DNA from: Eledone cirrhosa | Lineage: Eukaryota | Length of the DNA: 64,000 bases | Assembly: GCA_964016885.1 (NCBI GenBank) | Contig: OZ024740.1 | Span: forward strand, 38,688,001 to 38,752,000 | Reading direction: 5' to 3' | Shown: positions 15,001 to 28,504 of the stretch, piece after piece | Layout: every line of letters begins with the position of its first letter | How positions within the stretch are numbered: the stretch's first letter is position 1 | The notes under the pieces: generated by a model | The model's database searches: none | Seen by the model: only the letters and a program-made list of their open reading frames with translations | Told to the model about the DNA's origin: nothing | Position numbers and translations under genes: made by a program

Positions 15001-18000
15001 CATATATACCATCTCTTGTCATTAAGAAGGGTTAACAATATAACTGCTAGAAATACTATAACATATACACCATCTCTTGTCATTAAGAATGGTTAACAGT
15101 AGAACTACTTGCAATACTATGACATATACACCATCTCTTTTCATTTACAAGGGTTAACAGTAGAACTACTGGAAATACTATAACATATACACCATCTCTT
15201 GTCATTAAGAATGGTTAACAGTAGAACTATTTGCAATACTATGACATATACACCATCTCTTTTCATTAACAAGTGTTAACAGTAGAACTACTGGCAATAC
15301 TATAAGATATACACCATCACTTGTAATTAACAAGGGTTAACAGTAGAACTACTGGCAATACGATAACATATATACCATCTCTTGTCATTAAGAAGGGTTA
15401 ACAGTATAACTGCTGGAAATACTATAACATATACACCATCTCTTGTCATTAAGAATGGATAACAGTAGAACTACTTGCAATACTATGACATATACACCAT
15501 CTCTTTTCATTAACAAGTGTTAACAGTAGAGCTACTGGCAATACTATAAGATATACACCATCTCTTGTCATTAACAAGAATGAACAGTAGAACTACTGTC
15601 AATACTATAACATATACACCATCTCTTGTCATTAAGAAGGGTTAACAGTAGAACTACTGGCAATACTATAACATATACACCATCTCTTGTCATTAAGAAG
15701 GGTTAACAGTAGAACTACAGGCAATACTGTCACATATACACCATATCTTGTCATTAACAAGGGTTAACAGTAGAACTACTGGCAATACTATAACATATAC
15801 ACCATCTCTTGTCATTAACAAGGGTTAACAGTAGAACTACTGGCAATACTATAACATATACAGCATCTCTTGTCATTAACAAGGGTTAACAGTAGAACTA
15901 CTGGCAATACTATAACCTATACACCATCTCTTGTCATTAATAAGGGTTAACAGTAGAACTACTGGCAATACTATAACATATACACCATCTCTTGTCGTTA
16001 ACAAATGTTAACAGTAGAACTACTGGCAATACTATAACATATACACCATCTCTTGTCATTAACAAGGGTTAACAGTAGAACTACTGGCAATACTATAACA
16101 TATACACCATCTCTTGTCATTAACAAGGGTTAACAGTAGAACTACTGGCAATACTATAACCTATACCCCATCTCTTGTTATTAACAAGGGTTAACAGTAG
16201 AACTACTGGCAATACTGTAACATATACACCATCTCTTGTCATTAACAAATGTTAACAGTAGAACTACTGGCAACACTATACCATATACACCATCTCTTGT
16301 CATTAAAAGGGTTAACAGTAGAACTACTGGCAATACTATAACATATACACCATCTCTTGTCATTAACAAGGGTTAACAGTAGAACTGCTGGCAATACTAC
16401 AACATATAAACCATCTCTTGTCATTAAGAAGGGTTAACAGTAAAACGACTGGCAATACATATATACCATCTCTTGTCATTAACAAGGGTTAACAGTATAA
16501 CTACAGGCAATACTATCACATATACACTATCTCTTGTCATTAACAAGGTTAACATTGGAACTATTCGCAATACTATAACATCTACACCATCTCTTGTCAT
16601 TAAGAAGTGTTAACAGTAGAACTACTGGCAATACTATAACATATACACCATCTCTTGACATTAAGAAAGGTTAACAGTAGAACTACTGGCAATACTATAA
16701 CTTATACACCATATCTTGTCATTAACATGGGTTAACAGTAGAACTATTCGCAATACTATAACATATACACCATCTCTTGTCATTAACAAGGGTTATAAGT
16801 AGAACTACTGGCAATACTATAAAATATACACCATCTCTATTCATTAACAAGGGTTAACAGTAGAACTACTGGAAATACTATAACATATATACCATCTCTT
16901 GTCATTAACAAGTGTTAACAGTAGAACTACTGGCAATACTATAACATATACACCATCTCTTGTCATTAAGAAGGGTTAACAGTAGAACAACTGGCAATAC
17001 TATAACATATACACCATCTCTTGTCATTAAGAAGGGTTAACAGTAGAACTACTGGCAATACTATAACATATATACCATCTCTTGTCATTAAGAAGTGTTA
17101 ACAGTATAACTACTGGAAATACTATAACATATACACCATCTCTTGTCATTAACAAGGGTTAACAGTAGAACTACTGGCAATACTATCACATATACACCCT
17201 CTCTTGTCATTAAGAAACGTTAACATTAGAACTACTGTCAATACTATAACATATACACCATCTCTTGTCATTAATAAGGGTTAACAGTAGAACTACTGGC
17301 AATACTATATCATATACACCATCTCTTTTCGTTAACAAAGGTTAACAGTAGAACTACTGGCAATACTATGACATATACACCATCTCTTGTCATTAAGAAG
17401 GGTTAACAGTAGAACTACTGGCAATACTATAAAATATACACCATCTCTTGTCATTAACAAGGGTTAAGAGTAGAACTACTGGCAATACTATAACCTATAC
17501 ACCACCTCTTGTCATTAATAAGGGTTAACAGTAGAACTACTGGCAATACTATAACATATACACCATCTCTTGTCGTTAACAAAGGTTAACAGTAGAACTA
17601 CTGGCAATACTATAACATATACACCATCTCTTGTCATTAACAAGGGTTAACAGTAGAACTACTGGCAATACTATAACATATACACCATCTCTTGTCATTA
17701 ACAAGGGTTAACAGTAGAACTACTGGCAATACTATAACCTATACACCATCTCTTGTCATTAATAAGGGTTAACAGTAGAACTACTGGCAATACTATAACA
17801 TATACACCATCTCTTGTCGTTAACAAAGGTTAACAGTAGAACTACTGGCAATACTATGACATATACACCATCTCTTGTCATTAAGAAGGGTTAACAGTAG
17901 AACTACTGGCAATACTATAAAATATACACCATCTCTTGTCATTAACAAGGGTTAAGAGTAGAACTACTGGCAATACTATAACCTATACACCACCTCTTGT

Positions 18001-18540
18001 CATTAATAAGGGTTAACAGTAGAACTACTGGCAATACTATAACCCATACCCCATCTCTTGTTATTAACAAGGGTTAACAGTAGAACTACTGGCAATACTG
18101 TAACATATACACCATCTCTTGTCATTAACAAGGGTTAACAGTAGAACTACTGGCAATACTATAACATATACAAATCTCTTGTCATTAACAAGGGTTAACA
18201 GTAGAACTACTGGCAATACTATAACATATACACCATCTCTTGTCATTAAGAAGGGTTAACAGTAGAACTATTGACGATACTATAACATATACCCCATCTC
18301 TTGTCATTAACAAGGGTTAACAGTAGAACTACTGTCAATACTATAACATATATACCATCTCTTGTCATTAAGAAGGGTTAACAGTAGTACTACTGGCAAT
18401 ACTATAACATATACACATCTCTTGTCATTAACAAGGGTTAACAGTAGAACTACTGGCAATACTATAACATATATACCATCTCTTGTCATTAAGAAGGGTT
18501 AACAGTAGAACTAATGGCAATACTGTAACATATACATCCT
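1..18540. repeat. 61-bp tandem satellite array (~300 monomers, continues beyond left edge)
   Basis: Consensus TAACAGTAGAACTACTGGCAATACTATAACATATACACCATCTCTTGTCATTAAGAAGGGT repeated head-to-tail. Recurrent 36-bp (ACCATCT^AGAACT) and 55-bp (GAACGACTGGCAATAC^ATATA) deletion variants are present. Confidence 0.98.
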
Positions 18541-18689
18541 TTGTCTTAAATGATAAACGGTATGAACAATGTAGTCTTGGGTATATAGAGGGAAAAATAA
18601 ATCTGAAACTCTGGTTTTAAACGTTTATGTATTTGTTTTTCAAGATCCTTGGTGTGAAATAATGTGTTGAAACTGATATTGTTATATAA

Positions 18690-19210
18690 GAGGAGGGTTA
18701 TGTTGCCAATAAAAACACACACACTAGTTGATTTTCACTTATGTTTTATTATTATTATTAGTTTATCTTAAGTAATTGTCAAATCTCTTTTGTCACATAT
18801 TCTGTGACCTCTCCAATGATTATTTTTGCTTCTTTTTGTTCTCGTCTTATTTTCTCTACTACATCATGTCTTTCTGTGATATGTTTCCTTGTCTGTGAAA
18901 GCATTTGCATATGTGCCTCTGTGTGTATGTCTTTGTGTGGTGTCTTCTATGTTTTTATTTGTGAGTGTGTGAAGGTTTGTATATCTATTTCTCTGTTTGT
19001 GTCCTCCCATTGTTTATCTCTTTCTTATATGTCCTATTCTATCCTCAGTCATTAGGCTTTACAGTGAGGTTGTTGATATAATATTCATGCTTTCTATTGA
19101 GGCTCAGTTTCTTCTCTATTATATGTGTGGCCTCCTTAATTTGTCTGGGTGTTGTGTCTATTCTGTGTGGATAGGATCTTTATTTCGATGTTAAATTTCT
19201 GGTTTTAAAC
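18690..19210 (-). mobile_element. Decayed 3' end of a Penelope-like element, same family as 55411-59306
   Basis: The reverse complement aligns by eye with 58790-59293: the C-terminal NIEIKI.STHR...RQI.EA segment, a degenerate hammerhead (GAGGTCACAGAATATGTGACAAAAG) and the tail AAGTGAAAATCAACTAGTGTGTGTGTTTTTATTGGCAACATAACCCTCC. Confidence 0.75.
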
Positions 19211-20013
19211 TATATTAGTCATGGCTTTTGCACTTTCAAAAAAGGAGTAAGAAGTTAAATATCAAAGTCTAAAAGAATAAAAGTTGGAGAGAGAGGAGGT
19301 TAAAAGGAAGGGGGAGAATACAGTGAGAAACAAAATACGAAGCAGCCAGTAGATATTTTTAGCATGTCAAGAGGCTTCCTTGTTAGATAATTCAATATGT
19401 GTAGAAGAAAGTAACGATGTGATTAACTGTTTTGATACCAAATGATATGAACTCCCTCCCTACTGGTTCTGTGTATTTTATACTATATATATATTTTCTA
19501 AAAACCTTTCTTTTATAATTTTAGGTATGAACCTTTGTTATGTTCCGAACACCAACTTAATGAAGAAGTTACTTACATTACTTAATCCTTTCAAAGTCTT
19601 GATTATTTTCAAGTAGTGTCTTTCATTAGAAATGCGGTAATAAAAGTGTTAGGATGACAAGAGTACAGAAAAAAAACAAAAACTTTAAAACTATTTTTCT
19701 CTGTTCTTCAATACAAGTATTGATTACTAATCACTGAAGATTTTGTCAATTATGGCCAAATGTCAGATAGTTGATATAATATGAGACTCTTTGAGAGTTG
19801 TGAATAGAGGCTAATTATTAGGTATGAATTTGCTAGTCAAATGAACAGTATTCTATTTTATAGTCCAACCAAAGTAAGTATGGAAAAATGGACATAAAAA
19901 CAGAGATGATGACAACCAAAACTACTCTCTGAAACAAAATTATCGAAGAAATATTTTAATTTTAGTTAGCAACATTATAAAGATGTGAGATGAAAGAATG
20001 TTAATGAAGTAAC

Positions 20014-20145
20014 CTTTAGCAATTGGCATGATTCTCCAAACTATGACAGGTCCTCCTTTAGCGTATTGACCTATACAAGTCTCCAGGTAGGCCAGGGGTA
20101 AGCCACATACCATCATTAGAACTAGGTAGGCAACACAAAACGCTC
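20014..20145 (-). CDS. SLC6 (neurotransmitter:sodium symporter family) exon, TM2-IL1
   Basis: 132-bp exon with acceptor ttcttctaattttag| and donor |gttact, phase 1 at both ends. Encodes (G)AFCVAYLVLMMVCGLPLAYLETCIGQYAKGGPVIVWRIMPIAK(G), matching the SLC6 motif GAF..PY......G.P...LE...GQY...G....W...P..KG. Confidence 0.9.
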
Positions 20146-20344
20146 CTAAAATTAGAAGAATAAACAGAACAAAAAATTCATTTAATTTATCAAAGAAAAA
20201 AATATGAAAAGAAAAGTACAAGAAAAATTGTTTCAAAGTTTATAATTTTTATAAGTAATTAGAAATGTTTATCTCTTTCATAATGGTTTCTAATTTAAGA
20301 AGAAGGCCAGTAGCTTTTACCCCCCCCCCCCCCCTTGGGGGGGG

Positions 20345-20460
20345 GGGGTCGATTATATTGACTTAAGTACCTGGTATATTTTATTGACCCTGGAAGGATG
20401 AAAGGCAAAGATGACCTCAGCAGGATTTGAATTCAGAACATAAAGGGCCATAACTAAATA
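20345..20460 (-). mobile_element. tRNA-derived SINE fragment (family A)
   Basis: Reverse complement of the family A core (GAAGGATGAAAGGCAAAG..GACCTC.GC.GGATTTGAA.TCAGA). Confidence 0.7.
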
Positions 20461-20828
20461 TCCTGCTTGTATGTGTTAGAGAGGTTGTCATATTATGAGA
20501 CAATTCATGTAAGGTGATCATGTCTTGCTCATATTGATCTGTATTTTGGTTGGTTTCTATGGCTGGATGCCCTTCCTAATGCTAACCTCATTACAATGGG
20601 GACTGGGTGCTTTTTTATTGTGGCATCAAGACGATCAATAAAAACACATGCACTTGTCGATTTTCACCTCAGCTTTGTTATCAGTTAGTTCATCGAACCT
20701 TTCATCACACATTTTTGTGGCTTCCACAATGACTATTTGTTCTTCTCTGTATCTCCTCTTATTTTTGGTCTTATTCCATTTATGCCAAGAATCTTGCAAA
20801 ACAAAGAAAAAGAAAATATTCCACTCAC

Positions 20829-21135
20829 CTCCACCATTTTTAGCAGCACAGGAAGCAAAGTGTAAAATGGAGCTGATATTTAGAGCCAACGAACTCACAG
20901 AGAAGAAATAATCTATCTGATTCTGCCATCCATCTTCAGGATCTTTTGGTGGATTTCTTTCATAGTAACGAACAGGAACACTGCTTTCTGAATAATCTGG
21001 TGACATCACTTCTTGAATGACTTCACTATATGCTTCAGGGATAGACACGTTGTCATTATGAGATTGGTCAGAATCACTTAAACAGAGGTCAGACTCATCT
21101 AGATAAGCAATCCGTATCCCGGCATTTGCTGTACT
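20829..21135 (-). CDS. SLC6 exon, N-terminus and divergent TM1
   Basis: 307-bp open exon with acceptor ttctgttttaattccag| (phase 0) and donor GGTGGAG|gtgag (phase 1), splicing in frame to the 20145 exon. It ends ...EDGWQNQIDYFFSVSSLALNISSILHFASCAAKNGG(G), which aligns without gaps to SLC6 W..K.DF..S......NGGG. No upstream exon or start was identified. Confidence 0.85.
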
Positions 21136-21466
21136 CTGGAATTAAAACAGAAATATAGAAAACAAAGTTAAACATGTGAGAAATTACAATATTAAAAATA
21201 ACATCAAACATTAACTATGTTTAACAATTTTAGAACTGGTTATAGTCCTGGCTGCAGAAATTGTGCCACAAACCTACATGTTGACTGAAATAAGAGCCAC
21301 ATTGTATATTATATATAGTCCTGATTGTACAATTTAACCCTAACTATGGGTTACATTGCCTCACCAACCTGCAATTGGCCAAGTGTGGTGTGTATGGCTA
21401 CACCCTTGGCATAAACCAAACCAAGCAGAAAGCACTGGAGATCAACCAGGGAGAAGATCATCACCA

Positions 21467-21647
21467 TCATCATCATCATTTCCATTTAGCATCAATTCTT
21501 CTATGCTTGCATTGGTCATTGGTGTTAAACATGTCATCCATGCCGGGAGGCAAGTCTGATTTTGGTTTGCCATGTTGCACCTTGGTCTGGTGAGGACTAT
21601 AAATTTGGCTGGGTATTTTACAGCTGGATGCCCTTCCTAACACCAAG
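21467..21647 (-). mobile_element. 3' tail of RTE-type LINE/SINE (another remnant at ~20555-20630)
   Basis: (CAT)n followed by ...TACAGCTGGATGCCCTTCCTAACACCA, the reverse complement of the tail seen at 45360-45517 and 48740-48855. Confidence 0.7.
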
Positions 21648-21854
21648 CACATACACACACACACACACATATGTATACACACACATATATGTATACACAC
21701 CCACACATGTTTACATACCACACCTATATGTATACACACACACCCCCACACACATATATATATTTCGTATTTCTAAAGAAACACGGTATGTTTACAGGAA
21801 ACATTTAGGAAGCCGTAGCTATGGAAACACTGGAGCTAACGCCCTCTGGTGGTG

Positions 21855-21946
21855 TCCAACAGAAGCAAGGGGGACAACCGTCTATGCATTTCAGGCTTGA
21901 CTGGCCTTCGTCAGGACAGTCCCTCCCACCGCTTGCTACTGCTGGA
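21855..21946 (-). ncRNA. Type I hammerhead ribozyme (left arm)
   Basis: Minus strand ACTGTC-CTGACGA-AGGC(cagtcaa)GCCT-GAAA-TGCA-TA^-GACGGT. Distal stem I is TCCAGCAGTAGCAAG/CTTGCTTCTGTTGGA. Confidence 0.8.
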
Positions 21947-22189
21947 CTTGAGAACAGTCGAGAATATATAGTTTTCTCGTCTGTGTAAATGAGGTGATTA
22001 ATCTCATTTGCATATGAAGCTGCATAAGTTGGCTCAACTTATAATAGAATAGAAATAGGATTTCACTTCAAGCATAGCTTTATACAATATGTATAGAGAT
22101 TTCGTATTTCTGAACTTGCTTCATATGCAAATGAGATTAATCACCTCATTTATAGACGAGAAAACTATATATTCTTGACTGTTCTCAAG

Positions 22190-22281
22190 TCCAGCAGTAG
22201 CAAGGGGTGGGAGGGACTGTCCTGATGAAGGCCAGTCAAGCTTGAAATGCATAGACAGTTGTCCCCCTTGATTCTGCTGGA
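22190..22281 (+). ncRNA. Type I hammerhead ribozyme (right arm)
   Basis: ACTGTC(22216-21)-CTGATGA(22222-28)-AGGC/GCTT stem II-GAAA(22244-47)-TGCA-TA^(22253)-GACAGT. Stem III is the palindrome ATGCAT. Distal stem I is TCCAGCAG..CAAGGGG/CCCCTTG..CTGCTGGA. Confidence 0.8.
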
Positions 22282-22412
22282 CACCACCAGAGGGCGTTAG
22301 CTCCGGTGTTTGCATAGCTATGGCTTCCTAAATGATTCCTGTAAAGAAATCATGTTTCTTTAGGGATACAAAATCTCTATACATATCTGTATAAAACTAT
22401 GCTTGAAGCTAA

Positions 22413-24540
<2,128 letters not shown>

Positions 24541-25328
24541 AAGTGTAAGTCAACAGGTTTAAATTAACTTTGTTTATTCATAGTCGATGTTATATATATT
24601 TCGGTGATAACCATTATGCAAGAACTATTGCCTATATATATATAAGAGAGAATAATAGAATAAGGAACTCTATTCTATCATTCTCTTTTGTTGAATATGC
24701 TCTGTGTTATATGTATGTCTTTTTTCTAATCTTAAGAACATCTTTTCTATTTTTCCACCGGTAATTACAAAAACACATTGAGCTTAGTACAAAAGTTTTC
24801 AGCAATTACATACTCCCCTCTATGGTTCTATATACGTGCATATACATAATTATATATATACACACACACACTCACACATTTATACACATACATAAATACA
24901 CACATATATATATATACATATATATAAGCATACATACATATGTATACACACACACACACATTTATACACATACTCACATACACACATATAAATATATACA
25001 GATAAATCTACCAATCAATGGTAGGGTCTAAACCGTATGAAGAACTCAATGTAATCCGTATGTAGATGTTGTGAAGCAAAGTTTAAAATACAAAATTTTC
25101 AACGATATAATTCATTGGATACAGAGTCAAAAATAGATATATATATATATATTCTATCTATATGATAATTTCATTCCATTTATGATGTTACAATAAACTC
25201 TGTGTTACTGCTACTATATTTTCTCATTATCTTCATCCATATACTGTTTAATACATTAATTATAGAATGGGAGCTATTTAACTTCCATCTCTGCTATACT
25301 GTTTCCTGTCCTTAGATCCTATGTCTGT

Positions 25329-25658
25329 AACAACTACTCTATAAATATTTACAGTCATATTAGATCCTTAGTTAGTAATAACTGTTATATAAATATTTAG
25401 TTAGTAACAACTGATATATAAATATTTACAGTCATATTAGATCCTTAGTTAGTAATAACTGTTATATAAATATTTAGTTAGTAACAACTACTCTATAAAT
25501 ATTTAGTCATATTAGATCCTTAGTTAGTAATAACTGTTATATAAATATTTAGTTAGTAACAACTGATATATAAATATTTACAGTCATATTAGATCCTTAG
25601 TTAGTAATAACTGTTATATAAATATTTAGTTAGTAACAACTGCTAAATAAATATTTAG
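25329..25658. repeat. ~77-bp minisatellite, ~4 copies
   Basis: AACAACT...ATAAATATTTACAGTCATATTAGATCCTTAGTTAGTAATAACTGTTATATAAATATTTAGTTAGT starts at 25329, 25406, 25483, 25558 and 25635. Confidence 0.9.
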
Positions 25659-26046
25659 ATGTGTTTATTAAAAAAACAAAAAAACATTTCGTCTCTTTCT
25701 AGTGTTGTACTATTGCCTAAATAATAAGGGAGAGAACTCTGGGGAGAATGTTTGACATTCAGCAAAATATATTCGGTAAATTCACCTTTTCATTATAATG
25801 TGATAATGAAATACATTGGTTTTCAATTAATTAATTAAAGTTGAATTTAGAGGGAATAACTTAATTAATTGATTATTTCATCATTAAGATGGTATTTGTA
25901 ATGTGATTTAAAAAAGGTACTTAAGTCAAATTATGGTGGAATATTTTATTGTTAAATGAGTTGTTTTGTTTTATAGAACCAGAGGCCGTTTTGGGTAGGA
26001 AGGGCATATGGCTGTAAAACAAAACCTACTCTGTTAACTCCTGCTA

Positions 26047-26212
26047 CACTCCCAGTGGTCTAACACTACACTGGACACTAATTCTCACCTCACACCTAGT
26101 GGTCTAACACTACCCTGGACACTAAATCTCACCTTAAACCCGGTGGTCTAACTGCTCACTGGACACTAACTCTCACCTCACACCCAGTGACGTAACACCA
26201 CACTGGACATTA
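26047..26212. repeat. ~44-bp minisatellite, ~4 copies
   Basis: CCCAGTGGTCTAACACTACACTGGACACTAATTCTCACCTCACA variants in tandem. Confidence 0.8.
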
Positions 26213-26856
26213 AATAATAATGAAATCAGGTGCACTACAACTCATCAAAGGTGTATATATAGTACATAGAATAATATACAAATGTCAGGGAAGTGAATAG
26301 TGTATGAGTTATGATATACATGTGTGTATGTGTATGGAGGGGGAATATTAAGTGTAGTGTTGGCAAATCTCAGGAAGCATGGACGTTTTAAAGGATGCAG
26401 TGTCTCGACAGCTAACAACTGATGCAGGGAGTTTGTTCCATGCTTCAGCAACTCTGAGCGTGAAAAAATGTTTCTGAAAGTCATGGGAACTGAGCTGTTT
26501 TCTGACTTTGTGGGCATGCCCACGTGTGTTAGACACATGGAAATCCAAAAGGTACTCAGGGTTGTTGATGGCAAGATGGTTAATAATTTTGTGGGTGTTT
26601 ACCAAGTCAGTTGCCAGACCTCGGAGCTTCATGTATCCATTCCCAGGGAAGCAAGGCGTTCAGAGTATGGTAGATTCCTGATGGAGGGTATTCGCTTGGT
26701 TGCACGTCTTTGAACAGTTTCCAGGCAGTCAATGTTCTGAGCAAGATAGAGGTTCCAGACTGGTGATGCAAATTCTAAGTGTGGCCACACCACAGCTATA
26801 TACAGCTTTAAATAGATAGCTGGAGTACGGCTGAGTGATGCTAAGACACCCTCGGC
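26213..26856 (-). mobile_element. CR1 LINE 3' fragment (same family as 33307-36990)
   Basis: Encodes NTRGHAHKV...HFFTLRVAEAWNKLP; sequence is nearly identical to 33580-34185. Confidence 0.9.
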
Positions 26857-27209
26857 AAGTCCCCGTGAAGTTTAAGTGAGTGGGTCGTCTAAGCTTCACA
26901 GCCTTTGAAGGCAACCCGATTAGAAGGACAACTACCAACATAAATGCTCACTACCTGTCTAGAGGGAAAGGTTGAGGAAGTCAACTTTGACAATAAATCA
27001 GGTTGGAAAAGAACTTGAGGCTCACCGACTATCAACCATTCTGAAGAGAGCATGAAGATATGGTAAATGGTTTAATGTGTGGAGAAGAGTTGTGGTTGTA
27101 TTTACCCTTATTTATATCAACTATGATACCAGGAATTTCAACAAAACCTTTCTCTCACATAGTTACATACTCCCTTCCACATATACAGATACATACTTTC
27201 TAATTTTCA

Positions 27210-27590
27210 GGCAGTATCGGTAGAGCGTCAGACACCATGCTTTGCAGCATAGAGTTATGGCCCTTTACATTCTGAGTTCAAATCCCGCCGAGGTTAACTT
27301 TGCCTTTCATCCTTAAGGGGTTGATAAAATAAAGTACCAGTAATGCACTGGGGTAATTGCTGGCTTTGTGCCAAAAGTAGAAGCAATTATTATATATTTG
27401 TTCAGGCAGCAAATTGATAGATTTGTTAGAACATCTGATACAATGCTTTGTGAACTTCGTTCCAGGTCTTTGCCTTCTGAGTTCAAATCCTGCTAAGGTC
27501 AACTGTCTTTCATCCTTTCGAGGTCAATAAAATAAAGTACCAGTGAAGTACTGGGTAAATATAATCGATTTTGTTCTCCCCACATATTGC
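27210..27590 (+). mobile_element. Two adjacent tRNA-derived SINEs (family A, Nin-domain-like core)
   Basis: B-box GAGTTCAAATCC followed by GCCGAGGTTAACTTTGCCTTTCATCCTT..GGGGTCGATAAAATAAAGTACCAG at 27210-27390 and ~27405-27590. Confidence 0.85.
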
Positions 27591-28284
27591 TATATTAGAA
27601 ATAATTATATTTTTCTTCCATTTATTTCACCAATGTTAATTTCCATGGTTTTCATTTCAATATATTTTTTCTTAACATCTTGCTGTTATTTCATTTTCCT
27701 TCTCTTTCTATCATTATGTTGGAATCTGTTCACATATTTTATAAAGAAATAATATTCTAAGCATGTTTTTAACTCAGACATATCTTTCTTCTTCCTCTAT
27801 ATATTTTCCTCTGTCTTTTAAACTCTTATTTCTCTCCTTCTCTTCCCTATATCATCTCTCTATTTATTTCTTTTACACTCTATAATATAGATTTTACACT
27901 CTAAAAAATAAACTGTAGCGAGTGTTTAAACACGAACATATTTTTTCATTCATTTACTCTCTTAATTCAGCTTCTTTATACTTTATATTTTTAACTTTAC
28001 ATAGCCATCATTATTTATCTATTTTATTTACTTTATCCTGTATTTTATTTTAGTTTTTATTTTAGTTTTATTTTAGTTTTTATTTTAGTTTTACACCTGC
28101 AACCACTCAAAACCTTTCTGTTTTCTTTATGTTCAACATTCATATTAATGATTCCCTCTTTCATTCCTTGAATTTTGTCCAAAGATTAGAGATGTGAAAC
28201 GTGGAATTAGGAAATTTGAAGATTCAGCTTTAATTAATATATGTGTGTGTATGTATTTATATAATCATCATCATCACGGTTTAA

Positions 28285-28504
28285 CCCTTTAGCATTTACA
28301 TTATTCTATATAAACTATTGTATTTTCACAGTAAACACTTTATCTTACATAATATCTCACATAATATTGAATCTACGAGATTTTGATATCATTTATTTTG
28401 AGAACAATACCTTAACATAAGTATGAGCAGCTGGTTATGGCTGATTTAAATGGGAAAAGGTGAGAGAATTCTAGCCAGATATGACCGGTTTAAATGCTAA
28501 AGGG
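28285..28504. mobile_element. piggyBac-type MITE (220 bp)
   Basis: TTAA-CCCTTTAGCATTTA...TAAATGCTAAAGGG-TTAA: 14-bp terminal inverted repeats with a TTAA target duplication. Inserted in a minus-strand RTE-type tail (28264-28655). Confidence 0.85.

Larger units (their letters stand above)
21763..22415. mobile_element. ORF-less inverted-repeat element, probably a non-autonomous Penelope pseudo-LTR pair
   Basis: Arms ~21763-22020 and ~22118-22372 are near-identical reverse complements. 22059-22110 is additionally the reverse complement of ~22366-22415. Each arm carries a hammerhead fold. The element is flanked by TA/CA microsatellite. Confidence 0.8.

Noticed and set aside
1-18540. Satellite as CRISPR array or as coding repeats (MTRDGVYVIVLPVVLLL ORFs)
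   Set aside because: There are no unique spacers and no cas genes. The monomer is 61 bp, not a multiple of 3, so the 60-62 aa ORFs are chance read-throughs.
20320-20348. C-run/TT/G-run hairpin in the SLC6 intron
   Set aside because: It is homopolymer expansion at the edge of a SINE remnant. Its length is unreliable and there is no evidence of function.
24586-24626. Possible hammerhead on minus strand (TTGCATAAT-GGT/ACC-GAAATATATA)
   Set aside because: The core does not fit CUGANGA or UUGANAA without an indel and stem I is poor; at best a decayed remnant.
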